From NCBI GenBank assembly GCA_051305855.1, contig JBPPMB010000044.1, positions 4,686 to 68,685 on the forward strand: a stretch of 64,000 bases of DNA. Direction: 5' to 3'. Under the pieces are notes generated by a model that worked only from the letters and a program-made list of their open reading frames with translations, searched no databases and was not told the DNA's origin. A program made the translations under genes and the position numbers. The stretch is from Desulfuromonadales bacterium (GTDB lineage: Bacteria; Desulfobacterota; Desulfuromonadia; Desulfuromonadales; BM103). Below, piece after piece: positions 56,414-64,000 of this stretch. How positions within the stretch are numbered: position 1 is the stretch's first letter; each line of letters starts with the position of its first letter.

Positions 56414-58266
56414 GCGTTTCCTCCATTTCCATTGTGCGGGTAATCATCGGAGCCGTTGCCGTTACGCAGGTAAAGCCGTTCGATGCGCTCCTGGTTCTTG
56501 CCGTAAATTACCTTGCGCTTGAGCTTGAGGGTCGGTGTCAGTTCGCCGCCATCGACCGAAAAATCGCGAGGGAGCAGAATGAATTTCTTGATGGTCTGGT
56601 AGGAAGGCAGCTTGTCGTTGATTAATTGCACGCGATCAGCGTAGAGCTTTTGAACCCGTTGATTGGCCACCAACTCCTCCACATCCAGGTAAGCAAGGCC
56701 TTCCTGACGGGCCATCTGGATCAGCCGCTCCAGATTCGGCGTCAGGAGCGCCACAAGATAAGGCTTGCGATCGCCGAACACAAAAGCCTGTGAAATATAC
56801 TTGTCCATCCTGAGGTCATTTTCAAGCGGCTGCGGGGCAATGTTCTTCCCCCCGGAAGTAATGATGATTTCTTTTTTCCGATCAACAATATAAACGTAGC
56901 CATCCTCATCAATCCTGGCAATATCGCCAGTAGAGAACCAGCCGTCCTGCAAGACCTTGTCGGTCTCCTCGGGCGCATTGTAGTAGCCGCGCATCACCTG
57001 CGGCCCACGTACCAGCAATTCACTGTCTTCGGCAAGCTTGACCTCGGTCCAGGGTAAAGGCGTTCCCACCGAACCGTAGCGTACCTTCCAGGGGCTGTTC
57101 AGGGTAACGGCGGGACTGGTTTCGGTAAGACCGTAGCCCTCAAAGGTCGGAATGCCGATCACCCACATGAATTCATTGATGACCTTGTCGAGGGGTGCGC
57201 CCCCCGAAATGAAATACTTGAGACGTCCACCGAAACGCTTCCGGATCTTGCTGAAAACCAGCCAGTTGAAGAACCGGTACTTCAGGCCGAGCAGGCCGAG
57301 CGGCTTCGGATCGATGTAGCGACGGGAGATATATTTTCGGCCTGTCTCCACCGCCAGGTGAAAAATATTGCGCTTGAGCGGGCGCATCTGGTGAACGTCT
57401 TCATAAATCCGCGTGTAGATTTTTTCAAACAGGCGCGGCACGCTGACCATGACTGTCGGGCCAACCTCCTGCATGTTCTCAACGACTTTTTCCACGCTTT
57501 CACAGAAAGCCACATGACATCCACTCATCAGCGGTGCGTAGTATCCCGCCGTGCGTTCGAGGATATGGCTCAAGGGGAGGAAACTGAGGAACGTCTCATT
57601 CATGCCGAACGCTTCCAGTTTCTCCAGCCCGTAATGGGCGTCGAAGATTATATTGGCCTGGGTGAGCATGACGCCCTTGGGGATACCGGTGGTTCCGGAG
57701 GTGTAGATAATGGTAATCAGGTCGGTCGACTGGACTGCATCGATACATGCCTCTATGTCGCCACGCTCCTGTTCCGAAACCGGATAGGAGATTTCCGATA
57801 ACTGGTAAAGGGTATACACGGGAAGGTCGTGACTGCCGAGGAAGCGTTCAAAGGAAATGACTTGCTCAAGAGTTGGCAGTTGCCCGCGAACGGCAAGGAG
57901 CTTTTCATATTGGAGGCGATTCGAGACGAAGACGATTTTGGCGCCGCAATGGTTGATGACGTAAGCCGTCTGCTCGCCGGTATTGGTGGGATAAATCGGA
58001 ACAGTGATCCCTTGAGCGCACTGGATGGCAAAATCGGCAATCGCCCATCCGGCACGATTTTCTGAAAAAATCGCCACCCGGTCTCCCGCGGCGACCCCGG
58101 CCTTGCGCAGCCCGCGAGCCGCCATCAGCACTCTTTCATAGAAGCTGCGGTAGCTCAAAGAGAGGTACTTGCCCTCTTTCTTATAGCTGATCGCTATCCG
58201 GTCAGCATAACGTTGAGCATTCAGCTTGAGAATTTCCGGCATAGACCGGTGCGGCAATTCATACAT
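56410..58266 (-). CDS. fadD: Long-chain-fatty-acid--CoA ligase
   Basis: 618 aa. YTSGTTGIPKGVMLT, EGYGLTETS, and TGDIARIDEDGYVYIVDRKKE. Confidence 0.9.
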   Translation of the reverse strand: MYELPHRSMPEILKLNAQRYADRIAISYKKEGKYLSLSYRSFYERVLMAARGLRKAGVAAGDRVAIFSENRAGWAIADFAIQCAQGITVPIYPTNTGEQTAYVINHCGAKIVFVSNRLQYEKLLAVRGQLPTLEQVISFERFLGSHDLPVYTLYQLSEISYPVSEQERGDIEACIDAVQSTDLITIIYTSGTTGIPKGVMLTQANIIFDAHYGLEKLEAFGMNETFLSFLPLSHILERTAGYYAPLMSGCHVAFCESVEKVVENMQEVGPTVMVSVPRLFEKIYTRIYEDVHQMRPLKRNIFHLAVETGRKYISRRYIDPKPLGLLGLKYRFFNWLVFSKIRKRFGGRLKYFISGGAPLDKVINEFMWVIGIPTFEGYGLTETSPAVTLNSPWKVRYGSVGTPLPWTEVKLAEDSELLVRGPQVMRGYYNAPEETDKVLQDGWFSTGDIARIDEDGYVYIVDRKKEIIITSGGKNIAPQPLENDLRMDKYISQAFVFGDRKPYLVALLTPNLERLIQMARQEGLAYLDVEELVANQRVQKLYADRVQLINDKLPSYQTIKKFILLPRDFSVDGGELTPTLKLKRKVIYGKNQERIERLYLRNGNGSDDYPHNGNGGNA

Positions 58267-58301
58267 AAAAGAAGACCCCCGGGGGCAGATGACAACTTGA
58301 T

Positions 58302-58330
58302 ATATAGATCACCTTTACGTTCACGTCAAT
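58302..58330 (-). promoter_or_regulatory. Candidate sigma70 promoter of the beta-oxidation operon
   Basis: Minus strand: TTGACG (58330-58325), 17-nt spacer, TATATA (58307-58302), about 35 nt upstream of the fadD start. Confidence 0.4.
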
Positions 58331-58448
58331 CAAAACTTAAAACAGCATTTTATTTTATCTTGTTCATTTAATTCTCAGTATATCAACTGGGAGGGGCTGG
58401 GCAAGACATGTAAAGAGCAAAAGTATTTGGCCGGCAGCGTCCAGGCTC

Positions 58449-59162
58449 TCAGCCAGGGGTGTGCCAGCCGTTCCAGCGCTGCAGCAGAGAGCACTCCTGC
58501 GACAGCGCAAGCGCGGCGAGATAGTGCCTGGCCACCGGGATACTTTTGAGCCACCAGGTTCCATCATGCGTGCAACTGCCGGCAAGATGAGCGGAGTCGA
58601 GATCCTTAACGGGATCAGAAAAGCCGCCACCCTTGCCTTTCAGCCAGGCTTCTTTGCGCGTCCAGATGCGAAAGAACTGCCTGCGTCTGCGGTATGAACT
58701 GCCTGCTTGCAGCCAGCCCCTCTCCCTGGCCGAGAAAAAACCGGCAGCGAGCTTTTCGTAGTCCAGTTGACGATCAACCCTCTCAATATCAACCCCGACC
58801 TCGAAGCCTTTGGTCACGGCACAGAGTCCCCACCCCCCCGAGTGGGCGAGGTTAAAGGCAAGGGCATCGGCCGTTTGACTGACAAGCACAGGCTTGCCGA
58901 AAGGGCCATACTGGAAACGCAAGGTTACCGGAGCAGCATCGAGATAACTCGCCAGGATCTGACGCAGGCGGGCACGGGCGACAACGAACGCTCGGGCCTT
59001 GCCCGGAACACGCAAACGTCGGGCTCGGTGAAGTTCATCCACTTCGAGGAGGTGTTCAAGGGAATCCGTGCAATCCAGGGGGAAGCGCCAGAGATGCACC
59101 TCCTCATCGCTGAGTGTTGGTTGTGATGGTGGAGCCTGCCATGGATGTAAATGAAGCGTCAT
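58449..59162 (-). CDS. 4'-phosphopantetheinyl transferase (Sfp type)
   Basis: GKPVL ... FNLAHSGGWGLCAV ... VGVDIE ... WTRKEAWLKGKG motifs. Confidence 0.85.
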   Translation of the reverse strand: MTLHLHPWQAPPSQPTLSDEEVHLWRFPLDCTDSLEHLLEVDELHRARRLRVPGKARAFVVARARLRQILASYLDAAPVTLRFQYGPFGKPVLVSQTADALAFNLAHSGGWGLCAVTKGFEVGVDIERVDRQLDYEKLAAGFFSARERGWLQAGSSYRRRRQFFRIWTRKEAWLKGKGGGFSDPVKDLDSAHLAGSCTHDGTWWLKSIPVARHYLAALALSQECSLLQRWNGWHTPG

Positions 59163-59309
59163 TAAGAAACCTCAGAATAGCTTTGAAACTGATCGACAAC
59201 TGCACAAGATTACACTAGTACCCAGTAACCCATAACCTACTTGAGTTACTCTAGTCCGGGTCGGGAATCTCTACAAATCCATTAAAGGGGGATTCACCGG
59301 CAAATGAGT

Positions 59310-60371
59310 TTACTGCCAGTCGTCATCTGATGATAGGGCATGAATCAGTAAATAAATTCCAAGAATCATAATCGGAAGCAGTAAATATAGTGCCATTAAA
59401 GCAAACCAGATCTGTTCAATATAGGTAAGATGAAGGTTTGTACCATAAGTTGATCCAAGCAATATCAAAGAAATTAATATAGAGAAGAAAAGTACTTTTG
59501 TCGCTTTTGTAGATATTTTTTTTGTGACATAAAATGTGATTGACAAATGAGGTATCAACAAAAGCAGCAACACATCATTCCAATTCCAATCTTCTGTCAC
59601 TCTCTGCTTAAAAGTTCTTTTATCGACATAAATTTTTGCCTTTTCACCCCAAATATCGTCTCTTTCAATCTTAAGACGACCAGAATCATCTGTATAAAAT
59701 TGCACAGGGGCAACCTCTTTGGCTTCATGTAGTCCATGTTTCTTTAACAAATCAACTCTATTCATCCCCTTTTTTATCCTGTTTTTCCCTATTGCAGAAA
59801 TCAGATCCTTCTCATCATCACTAAGTTGCCATTCGCGATCCTTCGATTCGACCCTGGCCATGACTCTACGCCCACCATGGTACAAACCATCAACCACTAA
59901 ACCACCGAGTTTATCCACTTTCTTCTGTAATTCCATTTGTTTTTCTTTAGAATCTGCTATCAGCAATAATCGAGCTTGGTTTTCCTCCTCTCTTCTTTTT
60001 TTCAAATAGTTTATAAATTCCTCAGAGAATGAACCCAGAAATACATCCAGTTCTCTTGCGGTATTTTGGTCTATATTTATGGTTATTTCTGTTCCATTGA
60101 ATTTTGGAATACATCCAAGATAACTATCCCAATAAGAATTTTTACATTTTATAAACCCATCTTTCTCTAACCCATTAAGTGCAATAGCGATATTTGACTC
60201 TGGAATAAGGTCAATATATTCCTTGTTTTGTGTGTATTTCTCCAAGTTGGTATTGTTTAAAATAAGATGAAGCGTGAAAACTTTTTTTGCCTTAACCAAA
60301 TCCAAGAAATTTGGATTTTTGCAAAAGGATTCATACTCTTTTACCTTATTCATTATGTAACTGGTTTGCAA
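59310..60371 (-). CDS. Orphan membrane protein encoded on an AT-rich island
   Basis: 353 aa. TTG start 7 nt after GGAGGA. Lys/Asn/Ile-rich soluble N-terminal region of about 270 aa, then 3-4 hydrophobic helices. The base composition is clearly lower in G+C than both flanks. Confidence 0.6.
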   Translation of the reverse strand: MQTSYIMNKVKEYESFCKNPNFLDLVKAKKVFTLHLILNNTNLEKYTQNKEYIDLIPESNIAIALNGLEKDGFIKCKNSYWDSYLGCIPKFNGTEITINIDQNTARELDVFLGSFSEEFINYLKKRREEENQARLLLIADSKEKQMELQKKVDKLGGLVVDGLYHGGRRVMARVESKDREWQLSDDEKDLISAIGKNRIKKGMNRVDLLKKHGLHEAKEVAPVQFYTDDSGRLKIERDDIWGEKAKIYVDKRTFKQRVTEDWNWNDVLLLLLIPHLSITFYVTKKISTKATKVLFFSILISLILLGSTYGTNLHLTYIEQIWFALMALYLLLPIMILGIYLLIHALSSDDDWQ

Positions 60372-60501
60372 AACGCTATCCTCCGAAAATCATTTTATTT
60401 CGCAATCGCAAAAACTGCTTCCAAAGCATAATCGCCGACCAGCGTAATGCCAGCAATAGCGTGGTGCTTTAGACAAAAGCCTGGGTATCAGTTCATAATG
60501 A

Positions 60502-61491
60502 TCAGCGATTCGCTAACCACGCCCGCAGCCGCTCAATCCCCTCATCAAAAGGAACCTCAGGCCGATAGCCAAAGTCGTTACGTGCAGCACTAAGATCGAA
60601 CCAGTGCGAGGTGGAGAGTTCTTTAGCCACAAAACGGGTCATGCGCGGCTCGCCTCTGAGGTTGAAGAGGCTGTAGACCTTCTCCAGAATAGCCCCGACA
60701 TTGTAAGCCAGCGCAGGTGAGATGGTGCGGGTCACGGGCGGGAGGCCGCCTGCATCAAGGATGCGGTTAACCACTTCCCAGAGTGGCAGGGGTTCCCCCT
60801 GGGCAAGGAAGTAGGCTTTGCCGGCCACAGCCGAACCGATATCGAGGTGGTCGGCAGCCTGCAGATGAGCTAGCGCCGCGTTGTCGATGTAGAGAGTATC
60901 GACCAGGCACTCGCGTGTACCGATTTTACGCAAGGCCCCCGTGCCACCGCGCGCGAGAATGCGCGGCACCAGGTGATTGTCCTCCGGACCCCAGATCAGG
61001 TGCGGGCGCAGAGCCACGGTAGCCAGCACACCATCATTGGCCTGCAACACCAGGCGCTCGGCCTCGGCCTTGGTCTGCGGATAGAAGGCTTCGAAATGCT
61101 CCGGGTAAGGCACGGATTCGTCGACGCCTTCCATATCGGTACCGTCAAAAACGACGCTCGGTGAGCTGGTATGCACCAGGCGCTTGATGCCGTGTTTGCG
61201 ACAGGCGTTGATGACGTGCCTGGTACCTGATACGTTGGCCCGGTAGAACTCTTCGTAGGGACCCCAGACCCCGGCCTTGGCGGCTGCGTGAAAGATGATA
61301 TCACAACCAGCGGCGGCCCTTTCGACCGCTTCGGCATCGTCCAGTTCGCCACGCCAATGTTCAACCCCCAGCGTGGCAAGGACGGGATGCTCATTGCGCG
61401 AGAAGGTGCGCACCTCGACGCCGCGCTCAAGCAGCAGTTTGACAACCGCTTTGCCAAGGAACCCGCCACCGCCGGTTACCAGCGCTTTCAT
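60502..61491 (-). CDS. oleD: NAD(P)-dependent 3-beta-HSD/epimerase-family reductase, OleD-like
   Basis: VTGGGGFLG Rossmann motif, and YxxxK (YPQTK). Start and stop overlap (ATGA) with the upstream AMP-ligase gene. Third gene of a hydrolase-ligase-reductase triad. Confidence 0.75.
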   Translation of the reverse strand: MKALVTGGGGFLGKAVVKLLLERGVEVRTFSRNEHPVLATLGVEHWRGELDDAEAVERAAAGCDIIFHAAAKAGVWGPYEEFYRANVSGTRHVINACRKHGIKRLVHTSSPSVVFDGTDMEGVDESVPYPEHFEAFYPQTKAEAERLVLQANDGVLATVALRPHLIWGPEDNHLVPRILARGGTGALRKIGTRECLVDTLYIDNAALAHLQAADHLDIGSAVAGKAYFLAQGEPLPLWEVVNRILDAGGLPPVTRTISPALAYNVGAILEKVYSLFNLRGEPRMTRFVAKELSTSHWFDLSAARNDFGYRPEVPFDEGIERLRAWLANR

Positions 61492-63155
61492 GACAATTTC
61501 TCTCCTGCCCAGAGTGCCAGTTTCTCACGAAAAATTTTGGCGTTATGACGGATGTCTACCGGGAACGCCGGGTGGAAGAGAAAGGTCTTGATGTTGCGGG
61601 TGATCGCGTGTCCGGCACCGATCGCCAGCAGTTCCTGGTGGATGCGGGCAAGGCCTGAGGTGTCAACACCTTTTTCCAACTCGACACAGAGCACCGGCCG
61701 CTGCTGGCCCGGCGGACCGACACCAACCAGAGCAGTGCGAAACACGTCCTGATGGGTATTGAAAATTGCCTCACAGGGGATGGTAAAGAGAACTCCTTGG
61801 CCGGTCACGACCCGGTGCGCCTTACGGCCGCAGAACCAGATGCGGTTCTGTTCGTCGCGGTAGCCAAGGTCGCCCATACGATGGTAGAAACCGTCATGAT
61901 CCGGATCGGGGATTTTGCCAAGGGCTGTTGCCTGCACACGGTTGAAATAGCTGCGCGTCACCTGCGGCCCCTTGACGACAATCTCGCCGATCTCGCCATT
62001 GCCAAGCTTCAGGCTGGCGTCCCAGCGTGTGATCAACTCATCAGAAATGGCAATGATCTCCAGTTCGATCCCCGGCACCGGCTTGCCGACACAGACGCCG
62101 CGACCCTGATCGGTAGCATGACGGGTCTCCGCAAGGACCTCGGCGCTGCCGATGGAGCAGACCGGCAAGGCTTCGGTGGCACCGTAGGGGGTAAAGACCT
62201 GGGCCTCGGCAGAGAGCATACTGGTAAACCTCTCCAGCACTGCCGCCGGCACCGGCGCACCGGCGGAGATTGCCCGCTTCAGACTCGGCAGCTTGATCCC
62301 CTGCGCCTGGCCGTAGCGGCCGACCCGGTTGATCAGCGCCGGTGAGCCGAACATGGTCGTGATCTGGAACTTTTCAATTGCGGCAAGGATCTTGACCGGA
62401 TCGGCATCGGCCGGGCGGGTAAAATCCATCTCCGGCATTACCGAAGTCATCCCCAACGCCGGAGCAAACAGGGCAAAGAGTGGAAAAGTCGGCAGATCAA
62501 TTTCACCGGGACGGATGTTGTAGAGCAGGCGCAGCGTCTCCACCTGAGCTGCGAAATTGCCATGGCTGTAAACAGCACCTTTCGGCGCACCGGTACTGCC
62601 GCTGGTGAAGAGAATCGCCGCGGTTTCCTCGCCTTCGGTCTGTGCTGTTACGTAGGGGGTGTCGTCAGGCACGACCATCAGTAACCTGGCAAGGGTCGAA
62701 CCTCCCCAGCAGAGCCGCCGGCCAACCGTCAGCAGGGCCTTGACCGTCGGCTTCCCCCAACCGAGCAGCACACGAGCCAGATGTGCCCTGGGAATGCCGA
62801 TAAAGGCCTGCGGTTGCGCTTCGGCAAAGCAGGTTTTGAGGTTCTTGACTCCCATCCCGGGGTCAACCAGAACCGGTACGGCACCGATCTTGAAAAGAGC
62901 GAAGGTCAGGGCAAAGAATTCGAACCCGGGGGGGACCATCAGAACCGTGCGGACGCCACGTCGAATGCCAACCGATTCGAGGGCATGCGCCATGCGACTG
63001 CTCTCGCGGTCAAGCTCGGAGAACGTGTATTGAACGTAGTTGGTCTGCCGGTGACTGTCTGAGCCCTGCGGGATGAAGATTGCCGGCGTTTCCGGCTGAA
63101 GTCGCGCCATTTCCGGGAGATGCGCGGCGACATTGGCAGAGGCGGGCTTGCTCAT
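61488..63155 (-). CDS. oleC: AMP-dependent synthetase, OleC-like (olefin beta-lactone synthetase)
   Basis: FTSGSTGAPKG and YGATE motifs. 555 aa. Flanked by the OleB-like and OleD-like genes with coupled start and stop codons. Confidence 0.8.
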   Translation of the reverse strand: MSKPASANVAAHLPEMARLQPETPAIFIPQGSDSHRQTNYVQYTFSELDRESSRMAHALESVGIRRGVRTVLMVPPGFEFFALTFALFKIGAVPVLVDPGMGVKNLKTCFAEAQPQAFIGIPRAHLARVLLGWGKPTVKALLTVGRRLCWGGSTLARLLMVVPDDTPYVTAQTEGEETAAILFTSGSTGAPKGAVYSHGNFAAQVETLRLLYNIRPGEIDLPTFPLFALFAPALGMTSVMPEMDFTRPADADPVKILAAIEKFQITTMFGSPALINRVGRYGQAQGIKLPSLKRAISAGAPVPAAVLERFTSMLSAEAQVFTPYGATEALPVCSIGSAEVLAETRHATDQGRGVCVGKPVPGIELEIIAISDELITRWDASLKLGNGEIGEIVVKGPQVTRSYFNRVQATALGKIPDPDHDGFYHRMGDLGYRDEQNRIWFCGRKAHRVVTGQGVLFTIPCEAIFNTHQDVFRTALVGVGPPGQQRPVLCVELEKGVDTSGLARIHQELLAIGAGHAITRNIKTFLFHPAFPVDIRHNAKIFREKLALWAGEKLS

Positions 63156-64000
63156 CAGGGTTTGCCGTCGGGCGACCCGGAAACCGGTTCTGCAAGCGGA
63201 TGCGCCGCCAGGAATTGCTCAATAACCGGTATCACTTCGTCACTGGCGTCCTCGAGAATGTAATGCCCACAGTCGGCAAAGGCATGCACCTCGGCTTTCG
63301 GAAAGCGGTGCTGCCACTCTTTGAGAAAATGCCTGTCGAATACAAAGTCCTTCATGCCCCAGCAGATCGTCATCGGTATATCAGTGAAACGATTCAGCCC
63401 CGCCTCGACTTCACTGACCAGTTCATAACCGGGGTCTTCCGGCTTGAGCGGAATATCCTGGACAAAACGCAGGATGGCGATGCGATCGGTGAAGGTATCG
63501 TAAGGTGCACAGTAGGCGCCGCGCAGTTCCTCGGACATCGGGTTGCGTTTACAGCCGATCCGGGAGGCCATCAGGGCAAACAGGTTCAAGCGCTGGATCA
63601 GGAACGCACCAAGGGCCGTGTCGCGACAGATCTTCAGGGCCAGGGGGAAATGCTTGCCGGCCGGCAGATGAAATGCCGCGGTATTCAGGATAACAAGACG
63701 GGCGATCCGTTCCGGATGTCGGCAAGCGTAAGCCATACCGATCATGCCGCCCCAGTCGTGGACAACCAGGGTGATCCGCTCGCAAATATCTAAATGCTCA
63801 AGCAGAGCAGCGAGATCGTCGACCCGTTGCTGCAAAGTGTAGGAATAATCTTCATCACCGGGCTTTTCCGAAAGGCCGCAGCCGATATGATCGGGAACGA
63901 CGACGCGGTAGCGGGCACGCAGTGCCTTGGCCAGGTCGCGATAGTAGAAGGACCAGCTCGGATTGCCATGGACCATGACCACCGGGTCGCCCTGCCCCTC
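63155..64000 (-). CDS. oleB: Haloalkane-dehalogenase-like alpha/beta hydrolase, OleB-like (partial; N-terminus beyond the window)
   Basis: VMVHGNPSWSFYYRDL and VVHDWGG (Asp nucleophile) motifs. The reading frame stays open to the window edge (EGQGDPVVMVHG...). Confidence 0.8.
   Translation of the reverse strand, partial: EGQGDPVVMVHGNPSWSFYYRDLAKALRARYRVVVPDHIGCGLSEKPGDEDYSYTLQQRVDDLAALLEHLDICERITLVVHDWGGMIGMAYACRHPERIARLVILNTAAFHLPAGKHFPLALKICRDTALGAFLIQRLNLFALMASRIGCKRNPMSEELRGAYCAPYDTFTDRIAILRFVQDIPLKPEDPGYELVSEVEAGLNRFTDIPMTICWGMKDFVFDRHFLKEWQHRFPKAEVHAFADCGHYILEDASDEVIPVIEQFLAAHPLAEPVSGSPDGKP

Noticed and set aside
54470-56443. 657-aa plus-strand ORF, and similar long ORFs at 52901-54037, 13523-14710, 28422-29504, 40303-41148, 20256-21119, 9211-10077 and 23746-24567
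   Set aside because: All lie antisense to genes with clear enzyme motifs, have no recognisable motifs of their own and show Arg/Gly/Pro/His-rich composition. I treat them as G+C-driven artefacts.

Overview
G+C-rich chromosomal window. Gene content looks like a Desulfuromonadales-type deltaproteobacterium, but that is inference only. Most of it is ordinary core genome: class V aminotransferase, ydbH/ydbL-like envelope genes, an ABC-F ATPase, aceB-aceA (glyoxylate shunt), ilvE, beta-carbonic anhydrase, a large radical-SAM gene plus RNase G, rplU-rpmA-obg-proB-proA-nadD-rsfS-rlmH, dksA-like, lapB-like, gpmI, comF, a PAS histidine kinase, nth-like, ileS-lspA, an HD-GYP protein, an aminotransferase and mipA. 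On the minus strand there is also a beta-oxidation operon, an Sfp-type PPTase and oleB(partial)-oleC-oleD. I saw no rRNA, tRNA or CRISPR array. Features not explained by ordinary annotation, strongest first: (1) The left 3.2 kb looks like a fossil integron. Four co-oriented cassettes (orphan 80-aa ORF, lipoprotein hydrolase, brnTA, phd-parE) are separated by attC-like junctions whose 7-mer cores are exactly complementary across cassette boundaries, next to a frameshifted, nonsense-bearing, truncated intI N-terminal remnant. (2) A roughly 165-bp palindromic MITE-like element occurs in two inverted copies, each placing a Shine-Dalgarno site and a conserved mini-ORF directly ahead of a gene. (3) A roughly 105-nt hairpin repeat occurs twice inside the beta-oxidation operon, with compensatory stem changes and a conserved loop. 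(4) An ORF-free 877-bp leader upstream of a secreted Cys-rich MopE-repeat c-type cytochrome contains a c-di-GMP-I (GEMM-I)-like motif followed by an intrinsic terminator. (5) A promoter, antiterminator and terminator leader precedes an orphan 229-aa gene. (6) A visibly AT-rich single-gene island encoding an orphan membrane protein sits between oleD and the PPTase. All functional calls come from reading translated motifs by eye. No database search was run.
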